Position numbers and translations under genes: made by a program. The notes under the pieces are model-generated. The model was not told where the DNA came from. It saw only the letters and a list, made by a program, of their open reading frames with translations, and searched no databases. A DNA stretch of 61,925 nt, counting the filler, from Coriobacteriales bacterium (GTDB taxonomy: Bacteria > Actinomycetota > Coriobacteriia > Coriobacteriales > UBA8131), in the NCBI GenBank assembly GCA_031263105.1. It is 6 parts of 6 records of this genome, joined end to end, with 100 filler letters (N's around TTAATTAATTAA, not from the genome) between each part and the next. Parts side by side here need not be neighbours in the genome. Positions count along the whole stretch, not along the records: positions 7,835 to 33,070 come from JAISGJ010000055.1; 5 more parts are not named here. One strand, 5' to 3'. Positions 11,738 to 21,722 of the stretch are shown here, one piece after another. How positions within the stretch are numbered: position 1 is the first letter of the stretch; each line of letters begins with the position of its first letter.

Positions 11738-12649
11738 TTACACCTTGAGGTAGCGGCGCATCGCCCAGACGGAGCCGAACAGGCCGATGACGATGCCCGC
11801 GCCCAACAGCGCGAGGTAGATCATCCAGAGGTTCAGCGCCGCGAAGTCGACGGGAAGCCACTCCAGCAACTGGTTGCGCACCTGCTGGAGCAGATAGTTG
11901 CAGACGAGCGAGATGGAGCCGATGGCAAGGCCCGCCCCCACAAGCGCCTGGAGCGCACCCTCCATCAGGAAGGGCCCTCGGATAAAGGCGTTCGAGGCCC
12001 CGACGAGGCGCATGATGGCGATCTCCTTGCGCCGGGCGAGGATGGCAAGGCGTATGGTGTTGTTGATGAAGATGAGGGCGACGAAGATCAGGAGCAGCAC
12101 GAGCGCCAGGCAGACGACGCGTATGATGTTGCTCACGCTGAACAGGCGGTCGATGAAGTCCTCGCCGTAGTTGATGGAGCTGCTGGGGTTGTCGGGGCGG
12201 TCTATCACGGCCACGAAGAGGTCGGAGGCCTTGATCTGCCCGACGACCTGTTCGACCTGTTCCGGGTCGTTGAGCGATATCTCGAACAGGGCAGGCAGGG
12301 GGTTCCCGTCGAGCGCGTCGGCTATGCCTGCGCTTGTCGAGAGCTCCTTGAACCTCTCCAGCGACTCCTCCTTGCTGACGTAGACGACCTCCTTCACCTC
12401 GGGCATGCCGCGCACGTAGCCCTCGAAGGTGGCGAGGTCGGACTCGAGGACGTTGTCGTTGATGAATATCGTGATCGAGATCTGGCTTTCGAGCGATTTG
12501 ACCAGCTGGTCTACGATGAGCGATGCGACCATGAACACGCCTATGACCAACAGGGACAAAAATATCGTGATCACGGCGCCGAGTGTGGTCGAGAAGTTCT
12601 TTCGCGAGTTGCGGAGGGCCTCCCGGATAAAATAGGCAAGACTACGCAT
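11738..12649 (-). CDS. ftsX: Cell division permease-like protein FtsX
   Basis: Four TM segments, NTIRLAILARRKEIAIMRLVGAS..FIRGPF; directly after ftsE. Confidence 0.95.
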   Translation of the reverse strand: MRSLAYFIREALRNSRKNFSTTLGAVITIFLSLLVIGVFMVASLIVDQLVKSLESQISITIFINDNVLESDLATFEGYVRGMPEVKEVVYVSKEESLERFKELSTSAGIADALDGNPLPALFEISLNDPEQVEQVVGQIKASDLFVAVIDRPDNPSSSINYGEDFIDRLFSVSNIIRVVCLALVLLLIFVALIFINNTIRLAILARRKEIAIMRLVGASNAFIRGPFLMEGALQALVGAGLAIGSISLVCNYLLQQVRNQLLEWLPVDFAALNLWMIYLALLGAGIVIGLFGSVWAMRRYLKV

Positions 12650-13844
12650 CGGCCCCGTACACCCCCTTGTCCTGGTCGCGGACGAGATAGCCGTTCTCCA
12701 AGGCGACCACCCGTTTGCGCAGGGAGTCCACCATCTCACGGTCGTGGGTGGCGACCAGGATGGTGGTGCCCGTGCGGTTGATGCGGTCGAGGAGGCGCAT
12801 GATGCCGAGCGAGGTCTGCGGGTCGAGGTTGCCCGTCGGCTCGTCGCAGATGAGCAGGGGGGGACGGTTGACGATGGCGCGCGCGATGGAGACGCGCTGC
12901 TGTTCGCCTCCCGAAAGCTGGTCGGGGTACTGGTCCACCCTGTCCTCGAGGCCCACGAGCCTCAGCACCTCGGGCACCTGTGTGCGGATGATATGCTTGG
13001 ACTTCCCGATGACCTCCAATGCGAAGGCCACGTTGTCGAAGGCGGTCTTGTTGGGCAGCAGCTTGAAGTCCTGGAACACACAGCCGATGTTGCGGCGCAG
13101 GTAGGGGACGCGCCAGTTGCGCATGCGGATCACGTCCTCGCCCGCAACGGCAAGGCGCCCCCGCGTCGCGACGATCTCACGGTTGATGAGGCGGATGAAC
13201 GTGGACTTGCCGCTCCCCGAATGACCGACGAGGAAGATGAACTCCCCTGCGTATATCTTCAGGGAGACGTTGCTGAGCGCCGGCTTGTTGGGCTGGGCGG
13301 GGTAGACCTTGGAGACGCTGTCGAAGGAGATGACCGGCATGCCGCCGGGCATGCGGGAGGATGCGTCGGCAGCCGGGGCGGCCGCAGCGCGTCCTGTGGC
13401 GGAAGGGGCCCTGTCGGGGGCGGGGGCAGAAGCCGGGGATGCGCCGCCCGACGCGCCCGACGGCACGGCAGCCGGGCCGTCCGGGGCGGGGGCAGGTGCA
13501 GGGGCCGCTGCGGCCGCCGCATGCGCAACCGCAGGGGCGGAGGCATCAGGGGCCCGCACCACAGGCGAGGCGGGCTCCTCGGGAAGCGGCTGCCCGGAAG
13601 GCGGGGGCGCATCCTGCTGCGAGGGAACGGGAAGCGGGGGAAGGGCCCCGCTCTGGGCAAGCAGTTCCTCGACGAGCTGCGAGGCGGACGCTGCCGCCGC
13701 GTCGTCGTCGTTCGCCGTTCCGGCACGTTGCCCGTCTGCGGCGTCGGCGGGGGCCATGTTGTTGGGGACAAGGGACGACAGGGACGGCAGAGGCTCCTGG
13801 GGAGCGCCCCGACCGTCGGTCTGGTGCTCGTCTGTCACAATCAC
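12642..13844 (-). CDS. ftsE: Cell division ATP-binding protein FtsE; core begins at 13340, with a long Ala/Pro-rich N-terminal extension if the upstream ATG is used
   Basis: [43 protein letters not shown]. Confidence 0.92.
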   Translation of the reverse strand: MIVTDEHQTDGRGAPQEPLPSLSSLVPNNMAPADAADGQRAGTANDDDAAAASASQLVEELLAQSGALPPLPVPSQQDAPPPSGQPLPEEPASPVVRAPDASAPAVAHAAAAAAPAPAPAPDGPAAVPSGASGGASPASAPAPDRAPSATGRAAAAPAADASSRMPGGMPVISFDSVSKVYPAQPNKPALSNVSLKIYAGEFIFLVGHSGSGKSTFIRLINREIVATRGRLAVAGEDVIRMRNWRVPYLRRNIGCVFQDFKLLPNKTAFDNVAFALEVIGKSKHIIRTQVPEVLRLVGLEDRVDQYPDQLSGGEQQRVSIARAIVNRPPLLICDEPTGNLDPQTSLGIMRLLDRINRTGTTILVATHDREMVDSLRKRVVALENGYLVRDQDKGVYGADA

Positions 13845-13945
13845 TCCGTTCGTTTAATCAACAGTTCGTGCGGGAGCAGGGAGTACCTGCCGCTGCCGCA
13901 CTGTCGTATTCGCGTTCCCCTGTCAGACCGGCGCAGTATCCATGG

Positions 13946-14884
13946 TTATTGTAGCACAAGCTCGCAGATTGCCTGCGCATCGAGCCGATATTCCCTGAAC
14001 AGCTCGTCGAAGCCGCCCGAGGTGCCGAAGCGGTCCTGCACGCCGATATGCATCAGGGGCCTCTTGAGGATGCCCGGACGCGTGCAGAGCAGGTCGGCGA
14101 CCGCCGCCCCCAGGCCCCCGATGACCGAATGCTCCTCGGCCGTGAGGACGGCCCCGGTCTTCGCTGCGGAGGCCAGGATGGTCGCCTCGTCGAGCGGCTT
14201 GAGGGAGAAGGCGTCGACGACCTCTGCGTCCACCCCCTGTGCGGCGAGCCGTTCGGCGGCCTCCAACGCGAGGTGCACCTCGACGCCGCAGGCGACGAGG
14301 GTGACGTCGGTGCCCGGACGGAGCACCCGCGCACCTCCCAGGCTGAAGCCGTCGGCGGCGGCGTAGAGCCGGGGCACGGACGCACGCCCCATACGTATAT
14401 AGAAGGGCCCGGGCGTATAGGCGGCTATCCTGAGTGCCGCCTTTGCCGACCGGTAGTCGGCAGGCACGAGGACGCGCATGCGGGGAAGCACGCGCATGAG
14501 CGCAAGGTCCTCGACCATCTGGTGGCTGCCCCCGTCCGGGCCCACGCTGATGCCTGCATGCGTGGGGGCTATCTTCACGTCCAGGCCCGCATAGCAGACG
14601 GTGTTGCGTATCTGGTCGTAGACCCTGCCTGTGCCGAACACGGCGAACGAGCCGGTGAACACGGTCTTGCCGGTCAGCGCGAGGCCGGCCGCGACCCCGA
14701 TCATGTTCTGCTCGGCGATCCCGACGTTGACATGGCGGGCCTCGTCCGCCTCCCGGAGGCGTATGCTGGTCGTCGAGCCGGACAGGTCGGCGTCCACCGC
14801 ATAGACGTCGAGGCCTTCGTCGAGCAGCTCGACAAGGGTCTCGCCGTAGGCGGCACGGGTCGCGGTCCTCTCATCGGTCGGCAT
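13946..14884 (-). CDS. Transketolase C-terminal subunit
   Basis: ATRAAYG, DADLSGST, VGIAEQNM, GPDGGSHQ, EEHSVIGGLG. Confidence 0.93.
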   Translation of the reverse strand: MPTDERTATRAAYGETLVELLDEGLDVYAVDADLSGSTTSIRLREADEARHVNVGIAEQNMIGVAAGLALTGKTVFTGSFAVFGTGRVYDQIRNTVCYAGLDVKIAPTHAGISVGPDGGSHQMVEDLALMRVLPRMRVLVPADYRSAKAALRIAAYTPGPFYIRMGRASVPRLYAAADGFSLGGARVLRPGTDVTLVACGVEVHLALEAAERLAAQGVDAEVVDAFSLKPLDEATILASAAKTGAVLTAEEHSVIGGLGAAVADLLCTRPGILKRPLMHIGVQDRFGTSGGFDELFREYRLDAQAICELVLQ

Positions 14885-15854
14885 CGTCGCCACCGCTCCT
14901 CTCACAGGTCGCCGACGCCCTGTCGGCACCGTTGTGCCCGCATGCGGCAAGGGGTGCCAAGGCAGCGAGCGCGACGTCGCACTGCGCGTCCGTCGGGGCC
15001 TTCCCATGCCAGCCGCACTGGCCCTCCATGAAGTCCACGCCCTTGCCCTTCACGGTGTGGGCGACGACAACGGTCGGCCCCTCCCCATAGGCGGCCGCCT
15101 GCCCGAGCGTGCGCTTGAGGGCGGCCACGTCATGGCCGTCGACCTCATGCGCCGCCCAGCCGAAGGCGGCGAACCGTGCGGCGACGTCCCCCAGCGAGAG
15201 GACCTCGTCGGTCGGGCCGTCGATCTGGAGGCCGTTCTCGTCCACGAGCGCGACAAGGTTGCCGAGCCTGCGATGGGCCGCGAACATCGCCGCCTCCCAC
15301 ACCTGGCCCTCCTGCAGCTCCCCGTCGCCCAGCAGGACATAGACCTGCCGCGCAAGGCAGCGGTCGCCGCCTGTGTCGGATGCGCCGCCCTCGGCCCCAG
15401 CACCGGTGCCTGCGCCGCCCTCGGCCCCAGGCCCGTCATGGCCGTCTGCGGCAAGGCCCAACGCCATGCCTGCGGCGATGGAAAGGCCCTGTCCGAGCGA
15501 GCCGGTGGCGGCCTCGACGCCGGGCAGCTTGCGGGAGTCGGGGTGCCCCTGCAGGCGCGAGCCGAGCCTGCGCAAGGTCGCAAGCTCGCTGAGGGCGAAG
15601 TAGCCCGCGCGCGCAAGCGCGGCATAGAGCACGGGGGCGGCATGCCCCTTGCTCAGGACGAAGCGGTCCCGCCCGTCCCAGGCAGGGTCGTCGGGCCGGT
15701 AGCGCAGCACCTCGCCGAAGTACAGCACCGCGAGCATGTCCGCAGCGGAAAGCGAGCCCCCCGGATGCCCGCTGCCTGCCAACGCTATCATCTTGAGGAT
15801 GTCGCAGCGCAGCTCGGCCGCCCTGCGTCGTATGTCCGCCTCGTCGAACGCCAT
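14871..15854 (-). CDS. Transketolase N-terminal (TPP-binding) subunit
   Basis: GSGHPGGSLS, RDRFVLSKGHA, TGSLGQG, GDGELQEGQVWEA, TVKGKG, WHGKAP. Confidence 0.93.
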   Translation of the reverse strand: MAFDEADIRRRAAELRCDILKMIALAGSGHPGGSLSAADMLAVLYFGEVLRYRPDDPAWDGRDRFVLSKGHAAPVLYAALARAGYFALSELATLRRLGSRLQGHPDSRKLPGVEAATGSLGQGLSIAAGMALGLAADGHDGPGAEGGAGTGAGAEGGASDTGGDRCLARQVYVLLGDGELQEGQVWEAAMFAAHRRLGNLVALVDENGLQIDGPTDEVLSLGDVAARFAAFGWAAHEVDGHDVAALKRTLGQAAAYGEGPTVVVAHTVKGKGVDFMEGQCGWHGKAPTDAQCDVALAALAPLAACGHNGADRASATCERSGGDDADR

Positions 15855-15872
15855 GTCGTGCCGCTCCTCCTC

Positions 15873-16979
15873 TTATCGCCCCTTCGCGGCCCTCATACGG
15901 AGGAAGGCCACGATGAACTGGTCCAGGTCGCCGTCGAGCACCGCATCGACGTTGCCGGTCTCCACGTCGGTGCGCGTGTCCTTCACCATCTGGTAGGGGT
16001 ACAGGACATAGTTCCGTATCTGGTTGCCCCAGGATGCCTCGTGCTTCGGGCCGCGCAGCTCCTCGAGCTCCGCCGCGCGCCTCTCTTGCTCCATCTCGTA
16101 GAGGCGTGCGCGGAGTATCCGCATCGCGACCTCCTTGTTCTGCAGCTGCGACTTCTCGTTCTGGCAGGTGACGACCGTGTTGGTCGGCAGATGCGTGATG
16201 CGCACCGCGGAGTCGGTCGTGTTGACGCTCTGGCCTCCCGGCCCGCTTGAGCGGTAGACGTCGACGCGCAGGTCGGAGGGGCTTATGTCGATCTCGATGT
16301 CGTCCGGCAGCACGGGGAGCACCTCGACGCCGGCAAAGGTCGTCTGGCGCCGCTTCTTGTCGTCGGTCGGCGATATGCGGACGAGCCGATGCACGCCCTG
16401 TTCCGCCGCGAGCATGCCGTAGGCGTTGTGGCCCTTGACGACGAAGGTCGCGTGGTCGATGCCGATGACCTCGCCGGCCGGGGCGTCGAGCACCTCTACC
16501 TTCCAGCCGTGGCGCTGGGCGTACCGGAGGTACATCCTGAAGAGCATGTCGGCCCAGTCCTGCGCCTCGAGGCCGCCCTGGCCGGGATTGACCGACACGA
16601 TGGCGTCGCCGTGGTCGAGGTCCCCGGTGAACCATGAGGCGAGCTCGAGCCCGTCTATGCGCCGGGCCAGGTCCTCGAGTGCCGCCGTCGCCTCCTCGAA
16701 GAACGACTCGTCGTCCTCGAGCTGCGCAAGCTCGTTGGCGGCCCTCGCGTCGCCGAGCAGGGCGACGGCCGACTCGTAGCCCTCGATGTCCGCCCGGATG
16801 TCGGACGCCTGTTTGCTCAGGTGGGTCGCCCGCTGCTGGTCGTCCCAGAAGCCGGGGCGGGCGGATTCCTGCTCGAGTCCGGAGAGCTCGACGCGCTTCT
16901 GTGCAAGGTGGAGGTACTGCTCGGCCTCGTCGAGGCGGGCCTGCATCTGCGTTATCTGTGGCGAGAGGTCGTCGGTCAT
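15873..16979 (-). CDS. prfB: Peptide chain release factor 2
   Basis: GVHRLVRISP, SSGPGGQSVNTTDSAVRITH, WGNQIRNYVLYPY; continuous reading frame overlapping the secA stop. Confidence 0.96.
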   Translation of the reverse strand: MTDDLSPQITQMQARLDEAEQYLHLAQKRVELSGLEQESARPGFWDDQQRATHLSKQASDIRADIEGYESAVALLGDARAANELAQLEDDESFFEEATAALEDLARRIDGLELASWFTGDLDHGDAIVSVNPGQGGLEAQDWADMLFRMYLRYAQRHGWKVEVLDAPAGEVIGIDHATFVVKGHNAYGMLAAEQGVHRLVRISPTDDKKRRQTTFAGVEVLPVLPDDIEIDISPSDLRVDVYRSSGPGGQSVNTTDSAVRITHLPTNTVVTCQNEKSQLQNKEVAMRILRARLYEMEQERRAAELEELRGPKHEASWGNQIRNYVLYPYQMVKDTRTDVETGNVDAVLDGDLDQFIVAFLRMRAAKGR

Positions 16980-19726
16980 AGGGCTTGGCTCGCTCCGTGG
17001 CACTTCTTGAACTTCTTGCCCGAGCCGCAGGGGCACGGGTCGTTGCGCCCGACGTTCGCAAAGGGGTCGTTCCTGTCCTTCACGACGGTGGCGGCCCTCG
17101 CCGCCGTCGGCCGGGTGCCCGGGCCTCCGGCAGCCTGTGCCCCGCCGCGCTGCAGGGCGGCCTGCGCCTGCGCGTCCGCCATCACGGAGGGCACGTCCTC
17201 GGACGGCCCGGAGTACTGCGCGGAGTCGAGGGGCGTGACCTCCTCCTCCTGGACGACGATCTTGATGCGGAGTATCGTCCGAAGGTAGTCCTCGAACATC
17301 GAGTCGCGCAGCTCGCCGAAGGCGGCGTGCGCCTCGTTCTTGTACTCGGTGAGGGGGTCGCGCTGGCCGAAGGCGCGCAGGCCTATGCCGGCCTTGAGGT
17401 AGTCCATCTCCTGGAGGTGGTTCATCCAGCGGGTGTCCATGATACGGAGCATGACCTGGGACTCCAGGCGACGGATGTCCTCTTCGCCGAGGACCCCCTC
17501 CTTCTCGGCGAAGATGGCCTCGAGGTGGTCGAAGAGCCTCTCCGCCATCTGTTCCGCATCGTCGCCATGGTCGAGGCTGTGCACATCGAAGCCGTCTATG
17601 CCCGTCAGCTCGTTCAGCCACAGCTGCAGGCCGTCCCAGTCCCAATCGTCGCTGACGGTCCCGCAGTGCTCCGCTATGGCCTTCTCCACCGTGTCCTGCA
17701 TGATGTCCAGCGCGCGCTTATGGATGTCCTTGCCGTCGAGGATGGCGTTGCGCTCCGCGTAGATCGCCTCGCGCTGGCGGTTCATGACGTCGTCGTACTC
17801 GAGCACGTGCTTGCGGGAGTCGAAGTGCATGGACTCGACCTGGCGCTGTGCGCTCTCTATCGCCTTGGACACCATGCCCGAGTCGATGGGCGTGTCCTCG
17901 GACATGTCGGTCCTGTCCATGAGCGCCCCGATGCGGTCCATCCGGTTGCCGCCGAACAGGCGCATGAGGTCGTCTTCGAGCGAAAGGTAGAACTGGGTCG
18001 ACCCGGGGTCGCCCTGCCGCCCGGAACGTCCGCGCAGCTGGTTGTCGATGCGCCGCGCCTCATGGCGCTCGGTGCCGATGACGGCAAGGCCGCCCGCCGC
18101 GACGACGGTCCCGTGCTCCTCCTCGGTTATGGCCCTCGCCTCGTCATGTGCACGCGCCCAGTCCTCCTCGGTGGCCTCCTCGGACACGATGCCCTTGTTG
18201 GCGAGTATCTCCTCGGCAAGGAAGTCGGGGTTGCCGCCGAGCAGGATGTCCGTGCCGCGCCCTGCCATGTTGGTGGCGATGGTCACCGCCCCCGCACGCC
18301 CCGCCTGCGCGACGATATGCGCCTCGCGCTCATGGTGCTTCGCGTTCAGCACCTCATGGGGGATGCCCCGCTTGTCGAGCAGGCGCGAGAGCCGTTCGGA
18401 GTTCTCGATGGAGACGGTGCCGACCAGCGAGGGCTGGCCCGCCGCATGGCGCTCGGCGACGTCGTTGGCGACGGCGTTGAACTTGGAGCCGACGCTGCGG
18501 TAGACGAGGTCGTTGTGGTCGATGCGGACGAACGGCCTGTTCGGGGGGATGGCCATGACCGGCAGCTTGTATATCTGGCGGAACTCGGCGTCCTCCGTCA
18601 TGGCGGTGCCCGTCATGCCGGAGAGCTTCCGGTACAGGCGGAAGTAGTTCTGCAGCGTGATGGTCGCAAGGGTCTGGTTCTCCTCGCGCACAAGGACGCG
18701 CTCCTTGGCCTCGAGCGCCTGATGGAGGCCCTCCGAATAGCGCCTGCCCTCCATGATGCGGCCGGTGAACTCGTCGACGATCTTGACCTCGCCGTCGACC
18801 ACGACGTAATCGACGTCCTTCTTGAAGAGGAACTGCGCACGCAAGGCCTGCTGCAGGTGGTTGACGAGCATGCCGGACGGGTCCGCATAAAGGTCGTCGA
18901 TGCCGAGCAGCACCTCCATCCTGTGGAGGCCCATGTCGGTCGCGAAGATCGTCTTCTTCGCCTCGTCCTTCTCGAAGTCGACGCCTGCATGGAGGTTGGG
19001 CACCGCACGGGCGAACCTGTTGTAGGTGTCTGCCGCGCGGGTCCCCACGCCGGAGATGATGAGGGGGGTGCGCGCCTCGTCGATGAGGATGGAGTCCACC
19101 TCGTCGACGATGGCGAAGGCATGGCCGCGCTGCACGCGCTCCGGCGCACGGGAGACCATGTTGTCACGCAGATAATCGAAGCCGAACTCCGAGTTGGTAC
19201 CGTAGGTGACGTCGGCCTGATAGGCAGGTATCTTCTCGGGGTTGCGCATGCCGTTCTGGATGAGGCCCACCTTCATCCCCAGGAAGCGGTAGACGCGCCC
19301 CATCCATTCGCTGTCGCGCTTGGCGAGGTAGTCGTTGACGGTGACCACGTGCACGCCGCCGTCCGACAGCGCGTTGAGGTAGCCGGCGAGCGTGGAGACG
19401 AGGGTCTTGCCCTCGCCGGTCTTCATCTCGGCTATCTGACCGGCATTGAGCGCCATGCCTCCGATGAGCTGCACGTCGAAATGCCGCATCCCGAGCGTGC
19501 GCTGTCCGGCCTCGCGCACCGTGGCGAAGGCCTCGGGCAGGACGTCGTCCGTGCCCTCGCCGCCGTCGAGGCGCTCGCGGAACAGGACGGTCTGACGAGC
19601 GAGCTCGTCGTCCGTCTTCTCTTGGAGCGAGGGCTCCAGTGCGTTGATGCGCTCGACGATGGCTTCAAAGCCCTTGAGCTGCCTTCCCTCGCCTACCGAG
19701 AGGAGCTTCGAGAAGAAATTGGCCAT
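16976..19726 (-). CDS. secA: Preprotein translocase ATPase SecA
   Basis: EMKTGEGKTL, DEVDSILIDEARTPL, ATNMAGRGTDI, QLRGRSGRQGDPG, C-terminal GRNDPCPCGSGKKFKKCHG. Confidence 0.98.
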   Translation of the reverse strand: MANFFSKLLSVGEGRQLKGFEAIVERINALEPSLQEKTDDELARQTVLFRERLDGGEGTDDVLPEAFATVREAGQRTLGMRHFDVQLIGGMALNAGQIAEMKTGEGKTLVSTLAGYLNALSDGGVHVVTVNDYLAKRDSEWMGRVYRFLGMKVGLIQNGMRNPEKIPAYQADVTYGTNSEFGFDYLRDNMVSRAPERVQRGHAFAIVDEVDSILIDEARTPLIISGVGTRAADTYNRFARAVPNLHAGVDFEKDEAKKTIFATDMGLHRMEVLLGIDDLYADPSGMLVNHLQQALRAQFLFKKDVDYVVVDGEVKIVDEFTGRIMEGRRYSEGLHQALEAKERVLVREENQTLATITLQNYFRLYRKLSGMTGTAMTEDAEFRQIYKLPVMAIPPNRPFVRIDHNDLVYRSVGSKFNAVANDVAERHAAGQPSLVGTVSIENSERLSRLLDKRGIPHEVLNAKHHEREAHIVAQAGRAGAVTIATNMAGRGTDILLGGNPDFLAEEILANKGIVSEEATEEDWARAHDEARAITEEEHGTVVAAGGLAVIGTERHEARRIDNQLRGRSGRQGDPGSTQFYLSLEDDLMRLFGGNRMDRIGALMDRTDMSEDTPIDSGMVSKAIESAQRQVESMHFDSRKHVLEYDDVMNRQREAIYAERNAILDGKDIHKRALDIMQDTVEKAIAEHCGTVSDDWDWDGLQLWLNELTGIDGFDVHSLDHGDDAEQMAERLFDHLEAIFAEKEGVLGEEDIRRLESQVMLRIMDTRWMNHLQEMDYLKAGIGLRAFGQRDPLTEYKNEAHAAFGELRDSMFEDYLRTILRIKIVVQEEEVTPLDSAQYSGPSEDVPSVMADAQAQAALQRGGAQAAGGPGTRPTAARAATVVKDRNDPFANVGRNDPCPCGSGKKFKKCHGASQAL

Positions 19727-19796
19727 ACCCTTGCCTTCTTGTTGAGGTGCCTTCCATGGGGATACCGGGTTTCACTAATGATAGCAGAAGTCTCCT

Positions 19797-21722
19797 TCAC
19801 CTCCTGTCGAGGATGAGCTCCTGGTACAGTGCCGTCGTCCTTTGGGACGGCAGTATGCCCAACTCGTCGCTGAGGAAACGCTTGCAGTCGAAATAGGTCC
19901 TCAGCGCGCTCGTCCTCTGCCCCGCCTTGTCCTGCATGTCCATGAGGGTGCAGTAGACGTCCTCGCGCGCAGGGTCTATGTCGTATGCCTTGCGGGCGAA
20001 CCAGACCGCGCTCGTGTCGTTGCCCTCCCGCGAGAAGAGCCTGGACGCCTCCAGCATGACGTCGACCAAGATGGAACGGTACCGTTGCTGCGCGGCGTTT
20101 ATATAGGGATCGACCCTGCAGCCGGAGAAGACGTCCCCTCGATAGAGCTGCTCCAGGCGGTAGATCGCATCGATGCGCACCCCGGTGTCCGACTGTTCGA
20201 AGAGGAAGGCACGCGAGACGCGCTCGAACTCCTGGAGGTCGGTCGACACCGTCGAGGACTCGAGCTTGCAGAGTCCCCTGATGTTGGTGAGGTAGGGGCT
20301 GCGCCTTGCCTCGCCCGACAGGAGGCGCTTCAGACGCGACCAGGTCGCATGGAAGTTCTCTCGGGCACGGGCGTAGTCCTTCTCGGGCCACATCCTTTCG
20401 ATGAGCGTGTCGCGCGAGACGCCCCGGCCTATGTTCAGCGCCAGATGGGCCAAGAGCTCCCGCACCTTGGAACGCTGCATGTCCTTCCCCTCGACACGCC
20501 TGCCTCCCTTGTATACCTCGAAGTCGCCCAGCAGCCGCACGGCCACGGGCTCGCAGGAGGCCCCCTCGGACTGCGTGCCCCCTGCCGCCTGCGGGCCTTG
20601 CCCCCATCCCTCGGCTGCGCCCCCGCCGTCGGGACGGACGGCCCCTGTCCCGAGCTTCGCGACGTGCCCCCATCCCTCGGCTGCGCCCTCGCCGCCTGCA
20701 GACGGGACGGCGGCCGCCGGAACGGGCAGCGCGACGCCGACGCTGCCCATGCCGAGGGGCACGGGGGGCCTCCCGGCGAGGGGGTAGCCGGCATCGTCGT
20801 GGGTGAGCAGGCTTCCGGCGAGCTCGAGCAGCACCTGGCCCTGCTCGCGCCGCTCGTGCCCGAACAGGTAGAGGGAGAGCTGGGTCAGGCGCTCGAAGCG
20901 GCGCTCCAGCCCCGACATCCCCTCCTCCCGCTCCTCCTCCCTCCCGTTGCGCGGCGCCTCGCCCAAGAGTGCGAGCAGGCGCCCCTCGAGCGGGGCAAGG
21001 GGTATGCCGGTGGCATCGAAGACGGCGGTCGCCTCGTCGACCTCGACGAACGGGCAGTGCCTCCTCAGCAGCAGGGGCGATGCGGGCGGGACGAGGTAGC
21101 CGAGCCCGCGCAGGTCGTCCGGGATGCCGCGGCCCATGAGGATCATGAGCGCGGCGAGGCTGCGCAGCTCCTGGGGCAGGGAGCCGTCAAGGAAGCAGGC
21201 CAGGGCGTCCGTCAAGCGCTCGGCGCTCCATTTCTGGGACATGACGAGCCTGCGCCCGTCGATGAGCAGGCGGTCGGACTGGAACTCGGGGAAGCAGTCC
21301 TCCTGCGGCGTCGTGACGACGAGGACCTCCGTGCCCTCCTCGATCATACGGTCGATCCAGTCGGAGAAGCGCGCGCATGCCTGCTCGTTGAGCGCAGGCA
21401 TGTCGTCGAACACGACGAGGCCGAGGCGCGAAGGGGCGCTTGCCCATTGCCGCTGGAGATGCTCGAAGGCCGTGCCTGCGGAAAGGGCGTCGTGGAATGC
21501 CTCGGTGCCCGCGTCTACCCAGAGGACCTCGTCGGGCCTATGCTGGCGCTGGGCATAGCCTGCCGCGAGGCTGCTCCTCCCTGTCCTTGCAGGCGCACTG
21601 ATGAAGAAGGGGACGCCGTGGGACAGGCGCATGCGTTCGATAAGCTGATGGCCCTGCGTCGGCAAAAGGGCAGGCCGCCTCCAGGCGGCAACGGTCATGG
21701 TTCCGGTCTCCATGGGCGTCAT
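19797..21722 (-). CDS. BTAD/SARP-type transcriptional activator with degenerate N-terminal P-loop domain
   Basis: C-terminal VRLLGDFEV..wHTH..LYRGD..DPAREDVYCTLM..ELGILPS; N-terminal ISAPARTGRS and VVFDD resemble decayed Walker A/B motifs. Confidence 0.82.
   Translation of the reverse strand: MTPMETGTMTVAAWRRPALLPTQGHQLIERMRLSHGVPFFISAPARTGRSSLAAGYAQRQHRPDEVLWVDAGTEAFHDALSAGTAFEHLQRQWASAPSRLGLVVFDDMPALNEQACARFSDWIDRMIEEGTEVLVVTTPQEDCFPEFQSDRLLIDGRRLVMSQKWSAERLTDALACFLDGSLPQELRSLAALMILMGRGIPDDLRGLGYLVPPASPLLLRRHCPFVEVDEATAVFDATGIPLAPLEGRLLALLGEAPRNGREEEREEGMSGLERRFERLTQLSLYLFGHERREQGQVLLELAGSLLTHDDAGYPLAGRPPVPLGMGSVGVALPVPAAAVPSAGGEGAAEGWGHVAKLGTGAVRPDGGGAAEGWGQGPQAAGGTQSEGASCEPVAVRLLGDFEVYKGGRRVEGKDMQRSKVRELLAHLALNIGRGVSRDTLIERMWPEKDYARARENFHATWSRLKRLLSGEARRSPYLTNIRGLCKLESSTVSTDLQEFERVSRAFLFEQSDTGVRIDAIYRLEQLYRGDVFSGCRVDPYINAAQQRYRSILVDVMLEASRLFSREGNDTSAVWFARKAYDIDPAREDVYCTLMDMQDKAGQRTSALRTYFDCKRFLSDELGILPSQRTTALYQELILDRR

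Noticed and set aside
16890..16979. Programmed +1 frameshift in prfB
   Set aside because: The frame is continuous from ATG 16979, with no CTT-TGA slippery site.
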